Assembly: GCF_037042905.1 (NCBI RefSeq)
Contig: NC_087245.1
Location: forward strand, 14,820,001-14,884,000
Direction: 5' to 3'
Source of the DNA: Lytechinus pictus
Lineage: Eukaryota
DNA: 64,000 nt
How positions within the stretch are numbered: the first letter of the stretch is position 1; every line of letters starts with the position of its first letter. A program made the translations under genes and the position numbers. The notes below the pieces were generated by a model. It saw only the letters and a list, made by a program, of their open reading frames with translations. It was not told the origin of the DNA and did no database searches. Positions 34,620-49,700 of this stretch are shown here, piece after piece.

Positions 34620-37600
34620 CAAGCGCTCACAACTTGTTTTCCAACTTGGAGTACAGGAATGCAAACAGACTATCGCAAATATTAGTTAGGTATTAAGATT
34701 GATAACTGATGTAACCCATTCACAAGAAAGTCACCATCATATTATGTGTTTTTAGCCTCTTAACTTTTGATACAGAGCCTTACAATGCACTTAAAACACA
34801 TCCATGATAAAAGTTACATTAAAATGCATGAATTATGCCTACATGTACGTTACATTTATTTTTGTTCAGTGCTACAAATGTTCATAAGAAAATAAATCAA
34901 CCAAATTATTCAAATTGGCAATAAGATGAAATTATCAAATATTGAATCAAATGCAAATTTCCAGCTTCAAATGATTTATTTCTGGTCCATAAATATTAAA
35001 AACGGAAAATTCAGCAATGAAAGTTGCGAACTTGAAGAATGAAAGCTGATCAACAAAAGCTTAAACAATTCACCATCCAACAAAAATTCAAAAATGGAAA
35101 CAACTTTGTGTGAGATAAAAAAATAGTACAATACAATACAATATTAGCAGTTTTATAGTGCTCTTGTCTTACAATGGGTGAAATCACAATGCATGGATGG
35201 GAGCTTTACTATCTGACAATGAGTGAATAAAATGTCGGGGAAGATTGCATGCCTCAATATGTAGATAGATAAGGTGTTGGCCTCTCATTGACTTTAAGAT
35301 TAATTGGATATGTTAGCTTAGAAGCTCAACATGTGTAGCCCATTATTCACACTGTCAGGTGAATTAAACAAGCAATATCAATCAGAAAACAGAGTGCAAC
35401 TATAAACAAGCTGCAATGCATCTTGGGTAGATATCATCCCTCAGCGTGAGGTCTAGGTGAATGAACACTGTCTATTTCGACTGACTTACGAGTGCTCCTA
35501 CGACAATCACTCATGTATCCGTATCTCAGTAGTTAGGCCTATAGGGTTAAGATTAGGGTAATGATTCGGTTTTGGGTCGGAATACAGTGACGATTGGGAT
35601 AATTAGACTTGAGGTCATATTTGAAGTTTGGCCGTTTGTGCAGACATTGAAGTAATTGTCAACGGTAAAGATGCCACAGAACCCTGTTTTCCTAGATATG
35701 AAAATTAACAACCTACTTGAAACCTAAATGAGGCATGCAATTAAATAATGGTTCATCAACATAAAAAAGGACTTTAACAAGTTTGAATGATATCCTGAAC
35801 AAAATGTTGTAACAAAGAAATTAATGATTATGTATGCATGTATATGAAGAGGTCCATAGAAGCAATATGTTTAAAGTCTCAGGAAATAAAAATACCAATT
35901 ACTATTGAAGGATTTTTTTTCACACATGCATTCTCACTGTAGACCTTACTATTAAAAGAAGAAAAAAAGAAAGCAACTCAGCTTTGAAAAACATGTCATG
36001 AAGACACAATCACTAAATAACAATTGTATGGCTGGAACTGGCATCTATAAAACTAAAAGTACTGAATTTACACTCATCAACATTAAATATGGCCAAACAT
36101 TAGTATGGAAACAAGTGGGCAAAGGCTTTTAGAGAGTGCTCTATCACCATAGCAACCAATTGGCGGAGCTGGCTAACCCATATTTTCCATCAATATCGAA
36201 ATTACATTATATAGGTGGAAACATTTCAGATGACAGGTAACTATATAGATATAGAACAGATCACTTGTATGGGTATATTACAGTGAGATGAAGTTGTTAG
36301 ATAGGAATTCATAGGCAGGAGTTCAATTTGAGTTTATACCTAATGGCCATCCACTAACTCAAGTGGGTTAATTTTTCAAAGCGCATATTGCAGACTGACA
36401 GATTTTCAAATATAGCTCTTAAGTTTTGTTATATCCCCCAAGATTTTGGTACTATTCCACTTTACTCTGCTACCATTATGGTATGGAGAATGAAATATAT
36501 GTGTTTAAGTAGATGAATTCTACTACTTTGAATTTAAAAAATATCTTGACCAAAATGAAAACAACTGTGTTGCTCTTCTTTCTTTTTTTTTTTTTTTTCT
36601 TTTTTGGGGGGGGGGGGTGGGTATTAAACCAATTATACTTCTCATTCTGGGTAATTAAATTTAGCTCTGGATAGAATGGATATCAATTCTACCCATTGTT
36701 TTTTTTAATCACTTTGACATAAATTGCATCAATCCGTTCAGTCAATGCAAATTCTGGGTTAAATTAATTTTGAAATCCTAAAAATCTTAGTCACTTTAAC
36801 TTGAAACAAGAGTTGTTGACTAACTGAAGTCTTTTTGAGTGCAATTTGACTACTTGAAGAAAAAAGTACAATGCCCTTTGGTACGGAATTAATGCTTAAA
36901 TACCATGTCCCTAGGAAAAAACTTTCGGTCATTTGTCCTCTGTGCTTACTTTGGGCATTTATGTTTTCCCAAAGGCACAGTCAGGTAAAAATAAAAATGT
37001 TGGAAAAGGTGAATGTTGCCAAATATCTCAATGTGAGGCTACATTCATTTAAGTTGAGCGGCATGGATATCAATCTTTAAGACTAGAGAGGCATGGTAAA
37101 TCTAAATTCAAGTCTCATCAAACAAACAAAACCAACACTGAAACAGTGTCATGTAATACTATACTATGTACAAGAAAGATGCAATACATTCATTCAAACT
37201 GATTCCTTTTTGTATTAAAAAAAAGTTGTTAAGTCATAAAATAGAGTGGTTATCTTGCAAGTCGAATCTACTGAAGATATTGAACTATCAAGCATACAAT
37301 TTTCAAGTCAATACAATTCTTGGAACAGATTTTAAGTAAAAGAAGCATCCACTATGTGATGTAAAATGTGGAATGCTCATGTATACCACTTGTTAAACTA
37401 CCAATATTATTTCGGGTAAAGTGCTTTATGGGTGTAAGATGAATCTACTGCTGATATGAAACTACCAAATCCTTCAAACCTATTTTATAATTGTCAATAA
37501 ATTCATCATTACTTGAAAATAAATCTAATATGGATTTTCAGTGAACACACAACCAAAGAAGATTCATTTTTACCCTATTTTACTAATGCAATCAATGAAT

Positions 37601-39088
37601 GTACAACTGGATCAAATGAAGCTTGATCACACACATGGTACCTCTATAAGATCCTGTAAATTTGATAGAATATGTATCTTATAGACCAATTCCATTTTCT
37701 CATATATATATCACCTTAAAAATCCTAACATATCCATTCACATATACCTTCCCAAACAGTTATTTCAGTAGCCTGCCTGCACACAGAACAATTGCCTCAA
37801 CCATTCAATAATTTCCCCTTTAAAAAACCCCAAACTGTATCCACAAATCACATTATTCTGCTGGTGCATAAATTATTTGACAGACCAAATTTACTTTTTA
37901 TTTACAGCAGATTCTCCCATGTATGACATAAGAAGTGTAAACACCAATATGGCAGTCTCATTATTTCACAGTATGCTTACTGAAACATATAACAAAATGA
38001 AATGGTTCAGAATGAAAATTCAGAAAATTGTGAAAACAGACAGAAAAAAAAATACAGTACAAAGTAGTATTCCATTCATCTGTGATTTATTTGTGATCAA
38101 AGCAAAATAGCAACCCTTTTTTTTTTTGGGGGGGGAAGGTCTTGAGTTTATGAAAGTGTGTAAAAATTGGCTGATGATCATATCCTGACAATTACTTTAT
38201 GTCTTAATATCCAAAATATTACCAAAAACATACAAAATGTTGGGACTGAACATCTGTGTGTATGCATCTCTGTGTGCTTTGCATATCATTCATATGAAAT
38301 GTAAATCTTAGTTACATTTGATTGTAAATTCTTTCGTTATACACAAATTCTTGAGTGCATTTCATTTTAATCAATATTTTGTCATCATTAGGAAGGGGCT
38401 TTTTTTTCATTTTAGTCTCATATCCGAGATTCATCTTTACCTTTAAAAAATTACTTTGCAACATACTAATGCTAGAAATCATAATAGATAGCAAAAAATA
38501 TTTTAAAAATCTACAAACACGAAAATTATTAAAACAATGGAAAAATAGAATATTATTTTTGTATGTGCAATCATCAACTTTACACCATAAGAAGGAAAAT
38601 AATGATGGCTATATCAAAGTAACAAAAATGCATCACTTCTTAATATCACACATCTTGTCTTGAGGACATAAAGTGCAAGACAGACTTAATTGTTTACCTT
38701 AAAAGAAGAATATCATCTCTCTTTTGGAGGTGATAATCACAAAACATAAAGAGGCTCGCATGGGGAAAAAAGTAAAGAATGTTTTTTTACCAAAGATGAA
38801 TTGGGAAATTTTACACACCGTGACAAAGTACTGTGTACATGTTATTGAATAAATAAACATCCTGCAACTGGGATGGGATTTGGTGAATTTGGACAAACTT
38901 CACTGGATACAATAACATGCAGGAAGAAAGGTTGTATACTCAGTCATAATGACGCAATATCCCTTATATTTAGAAAAAAATCACAGTGCAAATCAAACTC
39001 ACAAAATGTGCAGGAAAATCACTTTAAGACACTTGCTGGGCTACATTTGAACCATACTTCCTTTAGAGTTTCACAAACTCATTACTTC

Positions 39089-40761
39089 AACAAGTGGAAC
39101 GCCTCTGGCAGTCTCGCCTGCATTACGCAATTTAATATAGCAGCAGTGCTAACTTTGAAAACTACTATAAAATAATCATTCACAAAAACATAATTTATAT
39201 AATGACATGATACCACGTTCATTGACCATAAATGACATTTGAACGGAGACTTAAGACTGTCGACTACACCCATGTCCACATTTCATTCACTCTATCCATA
39301 AACTTTCAAAGTTATGATGGCACTTCAACAATTACCCCAACATGGCCTAAGTTTATTGACCTTAACTGACCTTTGACTTGGTTTTGTGACCTGAAACTCA
39401 CAGGGGATGTTCAGTGATGCTTGATTACTCTTATATCCCAATTTTCCATAAACATTCAGAGTTAGGATGGTAATTCAACAAATACCCCCAACACGGCCAA
39501 AGTTCATTGACCTTTAATGACCTTTGACCATGGTCATGTGACCTGAAACTCGTACAGGATGTTCAGTGATACTTGATTACTCTTATGTCCAAGTTTTATG
39601 AACTAGATCCATAAACTTTCAGAGTTAGGATGGTAATTTAACAAATACCCCCAACTTGACCAAAGTTCATTGACCTTAAATGACCATTGACCATGGTCAT
39701 GTGACCTGAAACTCGCACAGGATATTCAGTGGTACTTGATTAACCTAATGTCTAAGTTTCATGAACTAGATCCATAAATTTTCAAAGTTATGATGGTAAT
39801 TCAACAAATACCCCCAACTTGGCCAAAGTTCATTGACCTTGGTCATGTGACCTGAAACTCAGGCAGGATTTTCACTAATACTTGATTAACCTTATGTCCA
39901 AGTTTCATGGACTAGATCCATAAATTTTCAAAGTTATGATAGTAATTCAACAAATACCCCCAACTTGACCAAAGTTCATTGACCCTAAATGACCTTTGAC
40001 CTTGGTCACGTGACCTGAAACTCGAGCAGGATGTTCACTAATACTTGATTAACCTTATGCCCAAGTTTCATGAACTAGGTCCATATACTTTCTAAGTTAT
40101 GATGTCATTTCAAAAACTTAACCTTCGGTTAAGATTTTGAAAATAATTTTCCCAAAATGGTCTAAGTTCATTGACCCTAAAATGACCTTTGACCTTGGTC
40201 ATGTGACCTGAAACTAAGGCAGGATGTTTAGTAATACCTGATTAACCTTATGTCCAAGTTTCATGAACTAGGTCCATATACTTTCAAAGTTATGATAGTA
40301 ATTCAACAAATACCCCCAACTTGACCAAAGTTCATTGACCCTAAATGACCTTTGACCTTGGTCACGTGACCTGAAACTCGAGCAGGATGTTCACTAATAC
40401 TTGATTAACCTTATGCCCAAGTTTCATGAACTAGGTCCATATACTTTCTAAGTTATGATGTCATTTCAAAAACTTAACCTTCGGTTAAGATTTTGAAAAT
40501 AATTTTCCCAAAATGGTCTAAGTTCATTGACCCTAAATGACCTTTGACCTTGGTCATGTGACCTGAAACTAAGGCAGGATGTTTAGTAATACCTGATTAA
40601 CCTTATGTCCAAGTTTCATGAACTAGGTCCATATACTTTCTAAGTTATGATGTCATTTCAAAAACTTAACCTTAGGTTAAGATTTGATGTTGACGCCGTC
40701 GCCGCCGCCGTCGGAAAAGCAGCGCCTATAGTCTCGCTCTGCTATTCAAGCGAGACAAAAA
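39089..40761 (-). mobile_element. Helentron-associated (HINE/pearl-like) element with an internal 163-bp satellite array
   Basis: One end has the hairpin GTCTCGCT...AGCGAGAC plus AAAAA and a (GCC)n microsatellite. The other end is AACAAG...GTCTCGCC (subterminal repeat). About 8 monomers, with GTGACCTGAA at ~39387, 39538, 39701, 39847, 40010, 40203, 40366 and 40558. No conventional TIR or TSD. Confidence 0.75.
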
Positions 40762-43700
40762 TTCAAACAGAAATCGGATGGGTTATGTACAAACTTATGA
40801 GATACATTAATCTTGGACATGTGAAGAAAAAAAAAGAATCTCTTTGGAAACTTCTTTCAGCACTGCTATTCTATTACTGCATTGGGTTTCACAAAGAGTC
40901 TTTAGCGCTTGGAAAGAAACAAAACCTCCCTGGCATACTGGAGTAAGAATATGGATGAAACATTTAAAGAGAAATCCTTCCTCCTCCTCATGAAACTTTA
41001 AGAGAAAACCCTCCTTCCTCTTCCATATCATCATAAATGGATGAAACCTTTTTTTTTATATTAATGGAAGACCTTCCTCCTGAGCTGGTTCCTGAACCCC
41101 CCCCCCCCCCCCCCCCACCTTCCCTCTTTCTAATACATAGACATTAATGGGAAGAAATGTTACTCTCAATATAAAACTGGTAACAATAAACCATTAACCA
41201 AGTCACTATTTAAATAGACACAATAAAAAGCAAGAATGAATCATTGAGTTAAATGAATGGATAAACCAAGGAGGTATCACTTACATATATCTCCTTAATG
41301 CAACTCGTTCAATTATTGTTGAGATGTCCAGTTTTTTAGATAACTAGTCAAAATAAATGTTGATATTTCTTTTGAAAGAGGACAAGATATATTAGCTTGA
41401 ATAATTGTTGAGATGAGTCGAAATACTACATTAAAGATATATATTTTTCTGATTACAAACAGAAATCAAAAGTGTGTATCCAATAAAAACTACATGCCTT
41501 AAACACATTATTCCCAAGCACAACATATATCAAGCATATTTGTTTCTGCAGATCTGTGTCAAAAGCCAAATCTAATATATTTGTCAATATATCATTCCAT
41601 GCATTTTCATGATGAAATCACAAGCCAGTCAGTGATGTAGATTCATAACCACACCAACTGTATGTGGAAAGGTCAACATATCTCATATTCTAGATTGGGC
41701 CTGACCATAGATATATGAACAGGTTGATATATTGGTACGTACGGAGGATAACATATGGATATATGTCATAGAAAAACCCATTTCAATAAAGTGTCTGTGT
41801 TTGCCGAGTAAATTTGCAATATACCTATTAGATAGCTGGGTAAGGGATTTATCATTGCCCATTCTTTTGCGAGATGATTCATAACTAAATATTGCTTTCC
41901 CTAGGAATATTTATAAAATATATATATTTATAAAATATATAAAATTTGTACCATGGGAAACTGTTTTCAATATATACTATTACTATGCATGTAATTACAG
42001 TTCTATCTTTATAAACATTTATCTTTATTTATTTGACTACATCATATATGTTGAACGTCTTGTTTGAATTTTTTGTATTGTAACTGTAAACCCTGAAATA
42101 GCATGAAAAACATGTATCCTGGAATTGTATCCTTTTTAAACTTATTGTTGAAAGTAAAGGATTTAACAAAATAATATGACGTAATTATATGCATCATCTC
42201 ATAACGATGACTGAGAATCTAAGAGTTAAAGGCAAGCCTATAATTTTATTAGTGTAAAGTTATAAATATGCTCAATATATCTCCTATTGCTTTCAAGAAT
42301 TTAAATTCTGGTGTAAATCTTTGTTCAAAATCAGTGCCAGAACTCCGCAGTCCCTTTAAGAAAAGTGTTTCCTGTCTTGGAGTGTCCATTACGCAGTGTT
42401 AATGGCATTCTTTCATTAAGGAAGAATGTGGGCTAAATGATGCGATCCGACGTGCTTGGCGGTAGGTTGCTGTGAAGCACTTGGAGAGAAAGTGAATTAG
42501 TTCTAAACCGAGCAATGGAGTAAGATCATTATGCCCTTTCATGAGCAGCGTGTATGGTTTCAGCTTTTGTTGTTACACATCATTTTAAGTAAGATGAAAG
42601 ATTGATATGTATATGTCTAACAGGACCTGGGATTTTGGGAGAGACATTACACGGTGATATCTTTCAGTATCTCTGTATCGTACAGCATCAAGAAAATTCA
42701 GGAGAGTCAAATTCCCAGCTTTATTGCATTTCCCTTTATTTGGAAATCACCAAGTGAATATTTCCACGATTTCATTCCCCCAAATTAACAGGATGAAAAC
42801 ATAAACTAATGTTCTTGTTGGATATTGTCTCTTCACTATCCAAACCAGAATGTTCCAAGTGCATGAAAATATTTATTTCACATCTTGCTTTTTTGTTCTT
42901 GATACATATTACTTTATATATGTTTCATTGACTAGCCCCCCTCCCCAAAAAAAAAAAAAATGCCCTAATGGCAAAAGTGCCTGTAGATTGCCCTCAAGAT
43001 CGATACAAAATGTATTATAAAAATGTTTTTAAAAATAGGAAAAGTAGCACCTCACAAAAAAAAATTCTCCCAAAAGTTTACGCAGAATCAAAAAGCCAAT
43101 ACTTGATTGCACTCATGCCTAAATTGCCTATATTTTGATCCTTGAATATCAACTAGAAAGTGAAACAGTCATTGATTTTTAGGGTAAAATCAAGTGCAAA
43201 AATCCCAAGCCGGAGAGACAACATCAAAACAAACGACATCCTTAGAAGCATAATCTGATTAGGTTTAACCGTATAGGCTCATGGACTCGTCTCCCATCCC
43301 TGGGGCGTTCTCTAGACATCTAAAACCACTGCGCTCTTCGTTTACGCTCTCAAGACCTCTTCAACTCTTTGCTACTCCACAAGCCGTCTGCCATCTCCAA
43401 ATTGAAAAGAACTACAGTTTCGCTGGCACAAGCGGAAGCTAATGAGCAAAAGGTGCCGTTACCTAATATGAATCAAAACAGAAGGCAAATTCCTTTTCTC
43501 TGCCTCTCTCTTCTTCACCCCTACACCTACACCACCCTCTCCTGCCACCTCAATCTCTCATCTTCTCTCTTCCCTCTATAGTCCATTGCATATCTAAGTG
43601 CAGCCAATGCATAATGTGTCACATTCCTCTCTTCAGCTCCACCTTCACTTTGAAATTGAAACATAATACATTTGTAAGCTTTTAAGTTAGATCTACAACA

Positions 43701-46700
43701 CATGAATGTACGCATGCCCCCACTGCCATAACAAAAGCGTGAGCCTGCCAAAGTCATTTCCACGCAAGTAGCCTACATACCTGATTATTTTCATAGTGGG
43801 GCCACTCTGTTTTAGTTAGGTCCATGCTTATACAAATACATTTAGCAGGTCCTGATGTAAACAGAGTGTGTCTGGCACTAAAAACAAAAGTAAAAAGATG
43901 TATATGGGACTGGTCTGATTCTGTCGTTGTCTTGTATGTCGAGAGGTCTGATTCATCCTTGTTAAGTTTCTGCAGTCTGTGAGTCTATAGCATATCAACT
44001 GCCAAATGTATATAAATATACCAATTTGAACTCATAAATTATGGCTTCCATCTTCTACCCTACCGTTAGAAAATTGAAGCCATGGTATAAATCCCCACAC
44101 CACATCAAAGGGGACTCCATGCACCATACACATCTAGTACAGAAAGAAATGGCATATTTATCATTTTTACATGACAAATAGTTGAAAGTGTTCTGAAGTA
44201 CGCATAAATGTACATTCAATTACATAAAACTTTTCAATCAAATGCCACTATAAAACTTAAATGAGCACATTTTAAGTATATGGCTCATCTTAATTGGTTG
44301 GAAAGCAGATTGTGTAAACTTGAGTTTTGTTTTCATTTCATATTTCAAGTATTTGATGCTACTTTAATATAACAAACAAACAATCAGCATTTGAATGAAT
44401 TTATAACGTAAAATTCATCTTTTGATGCTAATTCTGATTCTAAGACCATAATAAATTTCAATATTTATAACAATAAAAAACAATATGCAATGACCAGCAT
44501 ATTCTGGAAACATCAACCTACATGTTAACTGAAGGGGCCAATGAAACAAAATCCTATAATAAAAAAGAAAAGGTACAACTTCACTTCGACTTGGCTTTAT
44601 CCAGAGCACAGCTCCATCATATAAGTAATGTCAGACAACAGCATATCTCGAGCTACGTCCGGAAGTGAGGATCAAGTAATTGATTGATCTCGATTTCTCG
44701 TCCATCCGTTAAAGTAGCCTGGATGTCGGTCAAAGAGTGGTAAGGTCAAGATACCATCCCAAATTCAATGTCCCAGGCTGTGCATCCTATTTCCATTCTT
44801 GATTTATGCTGCATCAGAATGGAAAGAGGATTGAATAAGAGATCTCCATTACTGAGAGTATTAGACGTAAATGCCTTGTCAAGTTGCCAACTTGTCTCGC
44901 ATGGAAAATGAGCCCTTGGAGATAAAAACGGAAGAAATCCATATTAAAGATTTTCCAAATCTCCTTTCAGGTTTGTTCTTAAAGCAGTAATGGGAACAAC
45001 CCTGGCAAAGTTGGAATTTTATCATCATACACCACAGAATTGTATCGCAACATTTGAACCCAAGAAATTCTGCAATATATGATTAAACTGTTGACCATGG
45101 CAAATTTAATTCATACACCAAAAAAAAGTGGAAGAATACAATAAACTTTTTGAAAAAACTACCCCACTGCTGCTGAGAAAATGCATTAACTACATTCATA
45201 CTATACATGTAGCTCATTATAAATGAGAAAAATTATCTTTTGATAAAAAAAGAAAAAGAGAAAAATAAATTGAACAGTGCCTCTGATCCTCCCACAACTC
45301 CAACTGCAAGAGTAAATCCAGTCAATATTTGTCAGGAGAAACATCCTAATTCAGTCCGTGATGCACATGACATCGCATGTTCCACAAGTGTACCGAGCGT
45401 GTTTGCAGCTGAAAATTGGACACAAGGCAGCCCTGCGGTGTCAGCGACGCTCTCCCCGCCAATATTTGCAAAGTAAATTCTTGCCATGGAGATGCTAGAC
45501 TAACTGAATACATGAAGAACAGTGAGACGGGGGGAAGTGTGGAGACAGACCGGGCATCATCGTATTATCAATGGAAACATATGTACATGTACATGTATGG
45601 TAGATATGTATGTGAGCATGCTTTGGAGATGTTATGTGTCAGTTTTGAATGGTGTAAGATTGTTTGAAATACAAAAGAAAAAAAGGATGCACTAAAAAAA
45701 AGAGAATATTCTGAAAGAAAGAATGAGTCCGGTGGTTTAGAATGAGAAATACCTGCAGAAATAAGACACTACAGATGGGGGCATATTGATCAAGATTGAA
45801 AATACAATCCTGCAAAACAAAAACTATGAGCTATCTGATTATCAATAAAAAAGAAAGATGTTTGATGATGGAGAGTAGCAGTCAGCTTCCAAAAATTTAT
45901 CATTCAAAAATGAAACTTACTTGTAAGTTTGTTTACCCAAGTGTGATTGATATTGATGAACCAAAAAACAAATTCTTTCCCAAGGAAAGTAAAAAGAATG
46001 GGCTGAGCAAATGCTAAACCCCAGATTAGAAATGAAGCATTTTCTGTTAGTCTAGACCAAATGCAGTCACGCTGATGAGAACATCTCAACCTGGTTAACA
46101 AAAACTTAGTTGACAAGCAACTGCTTATTTTCATGTATGATTACTCATTCAAAGGCTTGAAAAGGTCTACAAAAAGCAAATGCTATGATTTAAATGCATT
46201 CAGCCATATGAACAGTTTAAAATTTGACCAGTTTCATTAAAACATGTAAGACTTTTATTGTCCTCGCCAAGACACATCAGACTCATACATATCTTGGGTC
46301 AATTTGAATGAAGAACCATGACAAAGTCAGAGTACTTTGGACGGTCCCTGTTCAGATGGTCCCTCCCTTTTCACACAGATTGATTCCTAAGTCCCTCTCC
46401 AACTTTCATAACAAGTACATGTAGTACACTTTTCTATGTTCTGGGCCCTAATGGCTTAAGATGGCTCCTCATTTTTTTTTAAATACACCAACTCAAAAGT
46501 CACTTACAGCCATGGGTGAAGGCTCAATTTTAATACAGGCCCCTTTTTAAAAGATAGATTGTCCTTTTTTTTTATAGTAACTCCTTTAAGTTGATCTTGA
46601 ACTATCACATTTGATCTTGGGGGCCCCTGGCTATTACTTCCGCCCCATCCTCTGTCAAGATGGCCCTCCAAATCTTTTTGAATTCCTCAAGAACTTTCCC

Positions 46701-49700
46701 TTTAATAATATGCATAAGCCTCACTCACAATCCCACTTCACAGACTTTCTCTGCCGCCAACTGCAATTCTCACGACCAATTACTTCCACCTCTTTCCTAC
46801 TCCTGCAAATAGATGCAGAAATGAGATTCTTGATGCTCCCTGCCTTTCATAAATTCTGCTTTTCAACCTGAAGCAGTCTACTCGAACCCATTGTTTGTCG
46901 ATATAATTCATGGATGGATTCTCCATTGCTGCAAGGGTGCCGTGCAGACTTGTATGCAAAGCATTTGCTTCGACACACATGCTTTCCTGGTGATTAAACG
47001 GGATCTACACAGACAAGTACATGAAAAAAATGATAAAAAATAAAAAATAAATTTCATGCAAGGAAACTGTTTTATCAGTTTAAGTAATGTAGAATAGTCC
47101 ATGCTATTGTAATAATGTCAGTACATTATCCATACTTCAGTATGTACATGGAAGTTTTTATTCAATCGCGAAATGGATATCTTGCCTGCAGATCCACAAA
47201 TTTATAATAAGTGAATAAAATATTCCTAAGGCAGCATGTCATGAATACAGTACAAGATAGACAGTGTATGTTCACGAACCTGTTTCCCTTTTCTCTATTT
47301 ACACCCTCTCTCCATTTTGATTTCTACTTTCTTCAAATTTCTCCCTTTAATCTTCTAATTCTTCACTTGAAATGCCCAATTGATCCATTGTCCATTTATA
47401 TCAAAGTACATTGACATTTGTTGAAGCAGACCTTGTTTACTCCTGGTCTTCTACCTTCAAGTCATGCAGCATATTGCTCATAATTGTAAAGAGAGTGAGT
47501 TAAGCGGCTTTTTTGTAAAAGGGTGGAGAGAGTGCTCTGTTCAGAGGACACGGCAGGCAGTCAAATAATAAGGTGTGCCTGAAAATTGGCTTGGAGAGGA
47601 GTTCAAACATATTTGCTTTGCAGGAAAGAACTGATGGCTGACCTTGGAATGGATGATTGCCAGATAAGGACCTGGTTTCACGAGACGCGTTACTGTTACA
47701 ATGTACTGAAACGATGCAACCTCATTGGAAAAGAGCAAATTTGTTGTAGAAGTTTAGGTTTTCGCAAACAGGACCAAGATGATAATATGAGATGTGAAGG
47801 GCAAGGACAGGGAGTCTTCACAGAAAGCAAACCATTAAACAGGTTGAATCTCATGAAACTCAGCAGTCGTACATGGGCACGTGAACGAGAATTGCTTGAA
47901 TTGACGAATTTTATAGATAACTTAGAGAGAAACATGCACTCTGTTCAAAGAGATTTATAGACAGCTGCAATAGAGCCAAATTCAAATACTTCAATCTATC
48001 GGGGGTATTTTCAAATGGATTCATGGAGGCCTCACACCGTCATAGGGGTGCTTTTCCTTCTAGTAGTTTAAATGGCAACAAAGAAATGTCCAAGGTTTGT
48101 TGGGGGTGATTTTCACAAAGAAATCAGAGAAAAGCAGAAAATGAAACAAGTCACATTCATGAGAACACATAGGCAAAGCTTCAGCTTCCCCCAGCTCACT
48201 GTTATTCATGTATTCAAGCTGAATCTATCAGAGAAGGGTGAATGTTGCCAAAATGTAAAGAGCATCAGAACACACAAAAAAAAGATGGGGGAAATCCCTA
48301 AAACGGGTATTGTAATAACTGCTAGAACAGGTGGATGGTTCATTAAGCTGCTCATAGGTTACAAGTGACTTGACGAACAACTGGTGATCCTTTTTTGTGG
48401 TAAATGATAGACACCAAATTTTTGCTGATGTTGATTATAGCATCTAAGAGAGGTTTATCGTTTTTTAAGTTCCTCAAAACTGAACAGTTTTATGAAATAC
48501 CTACCAGGTGTTAAAGTTTTAACTAGATAAGGATGCCATGAACTTGTTCTAAGAAGCTAAAATAATCTTCGAGAAAAATGTACATGTAAAATAGCAGGGT
48601 GTTAAGCACTGTACAAACTATGGTGCTAAAACAACACAAGTCAGTGTTCTGACAGGACCACATCCCCATGGGCACACCATAGACATTGTACATAACTCCA
48701 ATGGGTGTTGCAAAGACACCATAAATTATAAATTTAATACTGGCATAAAATAATTGATGTGGTCCTCTGTTGACAGTGGTGGCATAGTTTTAACAAAACC
48801 AGTGTTAGAATTGGCTTGCAAGCAAGAAGGGGGTGTTTGTGTCAATGGTAAGTAGATAATCAGCTGGTGAGCTTCTGTCTCAAGGAATGATGACAGGTTC
48901 AAGTGCAGCTCTAAACTGGACAAAGACGCAATGTACTTGTTCCAAGAAGGTCCAACGTGATGTCATTCAGGTGTACGACATTTGGTTGAGCATTGGAGCA
49001 TGCAAGTCAATCATTCATGCAACTATGGGCATGATGCTTGAAAATCAATGGAATAAGCACATGCTGAGATTCAACAAAAACCTTGTCCCAAGCCTCATAT
49101 ACCTCACTTATAATACATTTGGATGACTCAAAATTGCAGGAAAATTTTAAATTTTTTCCACACTATAAAGAATTTTTTTGGGGGTAAATTTGTTCCCTGT
49201 GATAATGCAGTAAATCCATTTTCTGGGAGAATTGACTTTCTATACCTTTTAATAATGAAGTGACAAAACCAGTATAAAAAAAATTAATTAAAAAGATGTG
49301 TGGTACTACAAAAATCTCAACAAAAAGGGTGCTGAGTAGAATATGCATAGATTTTTTCTTTCTCATTTCTGTTTAGAAGTACAAGTTGAAAAGCTTCAAG
49401 CATTGAAATATGGAATCCATCTTTTTATACTGAAATGTTTATATATATATTTTTTATTGTATGATCTATTCAAATGTTCCCAGAGGAAAAATATTATAAA
49501 ATAGCATTTTCAATGAGATTTTTTTTCCACAAAAATTGCCTTAACATCCTCCCCAGGTAGCCATTGATCAGGTTATATGCATAAATATGCAGACCTTATT
49601 CATGAATAAATGGTCCGATAGCAGGGATAAATCAGAAGGAAACTTGAAATTCCCCTCCAGAGGAAGAATAGATACAGCAATGATCTGTTCACATATTGCT

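Noticed and set aside
39280..40680. CRISPR array or coding repeat
   Set aside because: Whole monomers repeat without unique spacers and there is no long ORF.
43625..43650. GGAEE peptide on the minus strand resembling the PDZ GGAEH motif
   Set aside because: The real GGAEH exon is at 9827-9884. This match has no further similarity or suitable splice context.
47586..47960. 124-aa ORF
   Set aside because: Non-ATG start, no recognisable domain and no supporting exon structure.
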